Assembly: GCA_037447605.1 (NCBI GenBank)
Contig: CM074813.1
Location: 1,798,001-1,862,000, forward strand
Length of the DNA: 64,000 nt
From: Zygnema circumcarinatum SAG 698-1b
Lineage: Eukaryota > Plantae > Zygnematophyceae
Direction of reading: 5' to 3'
The position numbers and the translations under genes were made by a program. The notes under the pieces were generated by a model. It was not told the origin of the DNA, searched no databases, and saw only the letters and a list, made by a program, of their open reading frames with translations. This document shows, one piece after another, positions 58,001-64,000 of the stretch; within the stretch, counting starts at the first letter, position 1, and each line of letters begins with the position of its first letter.

Positions 58001-59809
58001 GCATTACAAAGTAAAGCTCATCTGCTTTCACTTTTGGGAAATTGATTGTATGTTCCAGTTTCGAGGGGCGGAATTTACAGGACTCTCTCTCGCGGAGCGT
58101 CTGTTCGTGCCTCTCCCGCATTGCTGCGAGCTCCATAGTCAGCCGGCGAGCATCTGCTCCCTGCTCTGCACCAACTGCCTAACGAGTCAGTTCTCTCTCT
58201 CACGCCTCTGTGACAAGTCCTCCCTTTCCTTCCTGAATCGAGCTTCCAGTCTCTCCTACTAACCTCTTTCTCCTTGCAATACTCTCTCGTATCTCGTATA
58301 TACCTTCTCATATCTCTGGGTCTCGCCTTCCTTTCCCCTCCTTCCTCATTCTGTAAATTCTTCATATCTCTTTCATCTCCTTTCAATCCACGTTCTTAAG
58401 TGCTGTAGAGCAGAGGATATTATAAAGAGAGGAAAGAGTCGAAGAAAAAGACTTAAGGAGAATGAAATCTAAATCCAAAGCCAGCCTTCAGGAAAAAAAG
58501 CCTTCATAGAGTTCTACGGCTTGGGGTTCCAATTGTCTTCCCGCATTTCTAGAACTTCATTGTATGAAAATCAAATGGTCAACATATTCCAATTGGTGTA
58601 ATCCCAAGTTGAGTTTGCTCGTCCGAACGTGTAGACGATGACGGTTCAACTATTTATTTTGAACCGACTCTGTTGATGAAAATACATTCGAACCCGGAGT
58701 TTACTTTCAGGTGAACTGGAGGATCCACATTGTACGGTAGTCATAACTTGCCATTGTCCAAATGTTCAACAGGTTTAGACAGAGTTCAAACTTAAACATT
58801 AGAACTAAAACCAATTTTATAATCCCATTTTTCACTCAGTGCCATTTGGCATTGAGCCTTTAGTCTTGAATAAATTTCCAAAGAAATATTTTCTTGACGT
58901 GCTAAAGAGGGTGGTCGTAGGCTAGCCATAAAGACCAATCCTGCAAGCCCTCATGAAGACAAGTAAAAGACAACGCACAATAGCACGAAGCACGAAGTGA
59001 CGCCCCACCTGCTGCAAATAGAGGCCATCTATCTCCCTGCACTTCTCATCCAGCGACTTCTGCGAATTCTCTACAATGGCTCGCATCTGCTTCTGCTGCT
59101 GCTCGCGCGCCTTTGCTGAACCCCCCACGCAGGTTTATGCCATTTTCACATGCGGCACGGCATGGCATGACGTCACATCGACATGTGTACATGGCATGAC
59201 ACGACCTGTGATACATGACGCGCTACGACACAACATGCATAACACAAATGGCATAGATGGCCCTTTCTACGTGTGAAATGATATGTGAACCACTACGTGC
59301 CACATTGCTACAGGTTTTCCCCTAACCATTCAGACCACCTCATACTACCACAAATTCATACTCAAGAATTTCATTATTTTTCTTTGCTGGATGATCTTGA
59401 AATTATGTGTCCCTCTTGCAACAAGAAACCTTACAAAATGAGCTGAACAAACCTCAAATTAAAAAAGAAGGAACCTAGCCCACTCACCCATGCGTTTCTC
59501 CTCGTCTTCCGAAACCCTCTCGTTGTCAATTCTCTCCCGCGCTCCTCGCTTCCCTTTCGCAGCTGTGTCTACTCTCCCCTCTCCCCCTGGGGCCATCGAA
59601 CCCTCCCCATCTTCCTGTCCGCCACCCTCCCCCTCACTCCCACTATCGCTGTCGGCTCCATTCGCCTTCGCAGCGCTGTCAGCCTCCTCCCTGAAGCAAA
59701 CTGCCGACACGTTCGTCCACGTGTCAGCATCTCCAGCTACCAGCTGACCTCCAGCAGTGCGAGAGGCGCTGCTGATGGCCTCGTCCTCCTGCGCGCTCCG
59801 CCTCTCCAT
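55069..59809 (-). CDS. Taxilin-family (beta-taxilin-like) coiled-coil protein, about 12 exons
   Basis: Spliced fragments: KLESLCRELQRQNKLIL | EESKKSATEEQEKRQELSNKFHTTIK | DISSKLEEQ..KENET | LREKLKHLTQQYDIREQHF | ..YAEQIAQLLKTEAELRAQLALYGDKFEQFQ | ETLTRSNEVFARFKQEMEK | MSRTIKKLERENGAL..SDVSLIELVEE | ..KERLESLCRSLQSER. These are colinear with plant taxilin. The first exon is 59809-59488; the last exon (ending 55069) is tentative. Confidence 0.9.
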
Positions 59810-61150
59810 GGCCGCCGCAGACGCCACCGGCTCCCCCGCAGCTGGAGAAGACGGCGGGCAGCAGAGCCTCTTCGCAACAGAAAGCAGAGGGAGGGTGACG
59901 ACAGAGAGACGGCTGCAATTCAGGTCCTCACACTCTCCCTCTCTCTGTCGATCACTCTCCTCTTTCTCTCCTCTCTTCCTTTCTCATGCAAGGGCACAAT
60001 CTGGCTCCTCTTTTCAGACTCTCTCAAGCTCCCGTCCCCCTCCCCTTTCCTTCCGTCCAGGCGACTGCAAAGCGCAAACCCACGCTGTCACATCCACTTT
60101 CGAGATCAACTCCGATCAGCGGCAGATCAACTCGTGGAGCTGTATCGTTTTCATTCATGAGATATCTGCCACGGGCATATCGTATCCATGACGATGTATC
60201 CTCAAGCAGGCCGATACGCCACCGACAGTCTACGTCAGCTACGCAGCCTACGCTGCTCCTCACGAGACTGCCACGTGGCCCGCCGCACCGACCAGACTCA
60301 CGTACGGCCAGAGAATATCGTGAGATATGGCAATCATCGGATCTAGGTCCTCCGGTGATATCGTATTGCGATATTACGAAGGCAAATTGCGGGGCCAATC
60401 CATGCTTGCCTCACGTGTTGCCTCACGCTAAAACTGCTTGCGTTCGACAGAGCGCTGCGCAAGGGTGAACATGGAACAAGTGGGCGAAGGTGGTGGGTGT
60501 GGTGGTGCCCACAAGCAGAATTGCGCCGGTGGCTCCTATCGGCTCAACGTGTTGTTAACTTTGCGCATGTGCATGTGTATGTGTATGTGCATGTGCATTT
60601 GCATGTGCATGTGCATGTGCATTCGATGATGCCACATGACACCATTCTTCCTCTTGGATTTACCGGTTTATCCTCATGAATTTAAGAATTTTTTTGCTGC
60701 CGAAAAACAAATTGATAGTAAATCAGATAAAGGTTCTATTTTACTTCGTGAGTATAGTGGGGCCATCGAACACGCCTTCGAATGGCAATCCGCCACGTAT
60801 GCAAATTGTCCACGTGGCCAACCCCCCACGACAGCTCGACTCAGAGTTTGCGGCAACAAAAGGCACACTGACTGATTGACTGACTGACTCCCTGACTTGC
60901 AGACTGACTGACTGACTGACTGACTGATTCCAGAAGCCAAGGCGCTGCGCGGGATCGGTTAGTTCCAAAACACGCAACATTCGGCGCAGCACGCGGCGGG
61001 CCGCCCTGTTCCGCTGCACTGCGCTCTGCCGCGAAATATTGACAAACAAAAAGAAAAAAGGAAAGAGGCAAAAACGAGCATGGAGCGCGCCATGCATGCT
61101 CGCTCGTCGAGGCACATGCAACGCGAGGGCGGCTCGCCCTGCCCTGCACA

Positions 61151-64000
61151 TCACTTGCTGCACCTCTCTCGCAGAAATCTGCACTCCAGAAGATACCGCA
61201 TTCGTATTTGGCTCACGTCATATCTGCACAGAGAAACCCTGAAATCTCAATACTGAAAAACTCCGTCAGATTCTAGCCGAAACACAAGCAGAAAGTTTCA
61301 GAATTGCACGTGCATGAGCATTTGGAGAACCTCCGTATGCCGAACCCCAATTCTAGCCCGGGCAGGGCGATAACTTACACAATGTACTCGTTGTAAAGAA
61401 GGGACGTCTCCTGCAAGACAGCCACGCACGGAGGAAGCCAATGTCAGTACAAGAGAGGAGCGGACGGAGGACGGAGGGGGAGAGAGGAGAGGGAGAGGGA
61501 GAGGGAGAGGGAGAGAGGAGAGGAGAGGGAGAGGGAGAGGGAGAGGGAGAGGGAGAGGGAGGAGGGAGAGGGAGAGGGAGAGGGAGAGGGAGAGAGGAGA
61601 GGGAGAGAGGAGAGGGAGAGGGAGAGAGGAGAGGGAGAGGGAGAGGGAGTGGGAGAGAGGAGAGGGAGAGGGCGAGGGAGAGAGGAGAGGGAGAGGGAGA
61701 CAGGAGGGATACCGCCTTCGAGTCGATGACGTCAGCAGGAGGGCCCAACGGAACAACCACGCCATCCGGCAAAGCCACACTCTCTTCAGGGTTCGGACAC
61801 GTGGCGCCCACACCTTTTGTACTGCATTCGAAATCCCAAACCCCTTCAGCATCCAAGTTATAACCGTCGCCAATCATTCCTCCAAATCCTATGAAACCAA
61901 ATTCAGAAACCCCAGACATCAAAACCGTCCGACACCAACATCGGACGGTGCAAATAACTCAATCGGCAGGTCTCCTTCCCCTTCCTTTTTAAAGAAAACA
62001 CATTAAAACATTAACAAAGCGCACAATGAATCAGCTTTGGGACAAAAGTGAAGTCAGCAAGCAGTCACCTGTGTGTTCCCGAGGGGAGATCTCCAGCATA
62101 GAAATCGGCGGCTCTAAGTTCGCGCATGTTTCCCAAAGCTACCTGCAAGCTTTTGGGTTGCAAGTTTATCTGGTTTCTCTTTTCTGAAAGACTTCAAAAG
62201 AGTGCAAGTTTCAGTGCTTTTAAAAGGCCAGGCCTGTTAGAATTTCAGGAAATCAGAACTTTCAGATTTCAGAGAGTCTGAATTCCTTGAACTTCTTCTT
62301 CTTCTTTTTTTTTTTGTTTAGCAGATTAACTGAAGGAGAAGATTTTGTGCGCATAGAGCATGCCTCACAAAGGAGCAGAATTCCAAGATTGGGCGGACGA
62401 GTACAGCAATAGTTTGCACTTTTGGAGACCATGTCTGCAAAATAGACCCCTTTCCCAAACATGTATCCGGAGACGGGTGCTTCCGGGGGAGCTATTCGAA
62501 GGCCTGTCCGGGAAAGCGAAAAAAAAAAAAAAAAAAAAAAAGGGGGAGGGGGGGATGAGAGGCTTAATAAGTGACATGAAGAAGGAGAGCGGAGGATTTG
62601 AAGAACGGAGACGGACCGGCCAGAAAAGAACGGAACGGAAGGTTGTAATGGACAACTGAACTGTACCTTGAGATAGAATTCCGGTCCAGTTGGAGAGACG
62701 AGAGCCGTGCCACAGCAGCATGCGATTGTGCAGCTGCTCCCAAGGCACATATTTTCCTAGAAATAAATATCAAAATCTCAAAAGAAACAACGAAATGTAT
62801 CATTCAAAATTTGGAAGTCGGACCGTTCGAAAGCATAATCGTTAGTGCTCACCATTTTAAAGCGATCATCTTCACCCTCTCGATTCACTTTGAAGGCCTG
62901 CTCCACCTCCAGCTGCGGGAGAGAGAGCCCAATCCCTGCTGTTTCAGTGACGATCACTCCGTCTCCCTCTCTCTCATTCTCCTTCTCCTCTCTCTCCCAC
63001 TCCATCTCGGTCCTACTGCCGGTCATTCCCGCTACTCTCCTCTTCTCCCTACTCCTCACCCGCTTCCTCTCCCTCCTACCCTCTAATCTTCTCTCCCTTC
63101 TCTACACCAGGGATTCCTTCCCTCGTCACTGATGCCTAAATGCACAGTAGATGACGATGGGCACAAACAGAAGGGTACGTGGGAGAAGCAGAGAGAGAGA
63201 GAGTGGGCGAGTTGAAGCGAGAGGGAGAGAACGAGATGCTCTCACATGGTAGTCGGCGTGAGTGGAGGCATGCGTGTTGGCGACATACTTCTTCACCTGC
63301 AGCCATGCACGAAGAGCCCCTGTCATGCCATACGCTGCACTGCATGTCAAAGTGCACATGTTACACGTTTCCTGTTTTCACTAGAGCGTAACGGAGGAGG
63401 GTGAGCGCACCATGGAAAACTCGTCCGAGTCGGAGGGCATCGGCACGAGGTCGCAGTGGAGGCGGGCGTAGTACTCATCGGCAGGATGGAGCCGCTCCTG
63501 CTCCGACAGGGTGGGAGGGAGGGCGCAGAGGGAGGCTGAGCGGAAGGGAGAGGGAGAGAGAGAGAGAGAGAGCAAGCGAGATGGGTAGGGTGCAGAAGTG
63601 GAAGGGAGAGGGGAAGGCGAACAGGAAGGGCTCGGTAGTGAGGGAGGGAGGAAGGGAGCGAGGGAGGGAGGGAGGGAGAGGGAGGGATGGAGGAGGGGGC
63701 GAGGATAGAAAGGGAACAAAGGTTTCCAGGCTTCCGTATAGCGCTTAGAGATGTGAGGTGGGGATTTAGGGTTAGGACGGAGCCCACCTTCTTCTCGTCC
63801 TCGGAGGAGCCCTCCAAGACGCGCGATGCCGCCTCGATCTCTGCCAGCGACTCTACCTGCAAACGGAGAGGGACATGGAAGTTTGCATGAAAATTTGGTA
63901 GAGAACGGAATGAACTGCGAGCATGGAATCACATCTGAGATGTACCATTTCAAGTTTCTGTTTGAGCCTTTCTTTGTCCCGGATGATGAATTCTCCTGCA
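61151..64000 (-). CDS. PARP2: Poly(ADP-ribose) polymerase, PARP2-like; regulatory and catalytic domains (5' part beyond the right edge)
   Basis: Exons encode [93 protein letters not shown]|[25 protein letters not shown] and [16 protein letters not shown] (last exon 61223-61151). The H-Y-E catalytic triad is intact. Confidence 0.93.
61483..61699 (+). repeat. (GAGAGG)n hexamer microsatellite in a PARP intron
   Basis: Read directly. Confidence 0.9.

Noticed and set aside
1-64000. Functional gene cluster, transposase/retroviral ORFs, rRNA or tRNA genes
   Set aside because: The flanking genes are unrelated housekeeping or regulatory loci. I saw no DDE, RT or integrase motifs and no recognisable structural RNA sequences.

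Overview
Eukaryotic nuclear DNA from a green-plant-lineage genome. It is intron-rich, GC-rich and has three 10-N assembly gaps. The gene set and divergence suggest a non-seed-plant streptophyte, probably an alga (inference). I reconstructed 12 protein-coding loci by reading splice sites. In order: TOC1/APRR1 pseudo-response regulator (runs off the left edge), CCDC22, a PLATZ transcription factor, a plastid-type HAT/TPR repeat protein, and three intronless ~620-aa paralogues of a single-finger QALGGH C2H2 zinc-finger/EAR repressor. A micro-exon chloroplast Cpn10 gene, largely invisible in the ORF track, sits between copies A and B. Then come a TM9SF1/TMN-type protein, a mitochondrial acyl carrier protein, a taxilin and a PARP2-like enzyme (runs off the right edge). 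The unusual part is a ~22-kb island (23-45.5 kb). It holds the three zinc-finger paralogues, whose CDS centres are near-identical while their promoters are strongly diverged (gene-conversion-like). It also holds a split pseudogene copy, a ~270-bp (CCCTAA)n interstitial telomere-type array, and at least 8 non-autonomous DNA transposons of several terminal types, several nested. Empty-site references for some insertions are present inside the window. I found no transposase, rRNA, tRNA or CRISPR array, and no clear new enzymatic system. All identities and counts are by eye, and family calls come from recalled motifs, not database searches.
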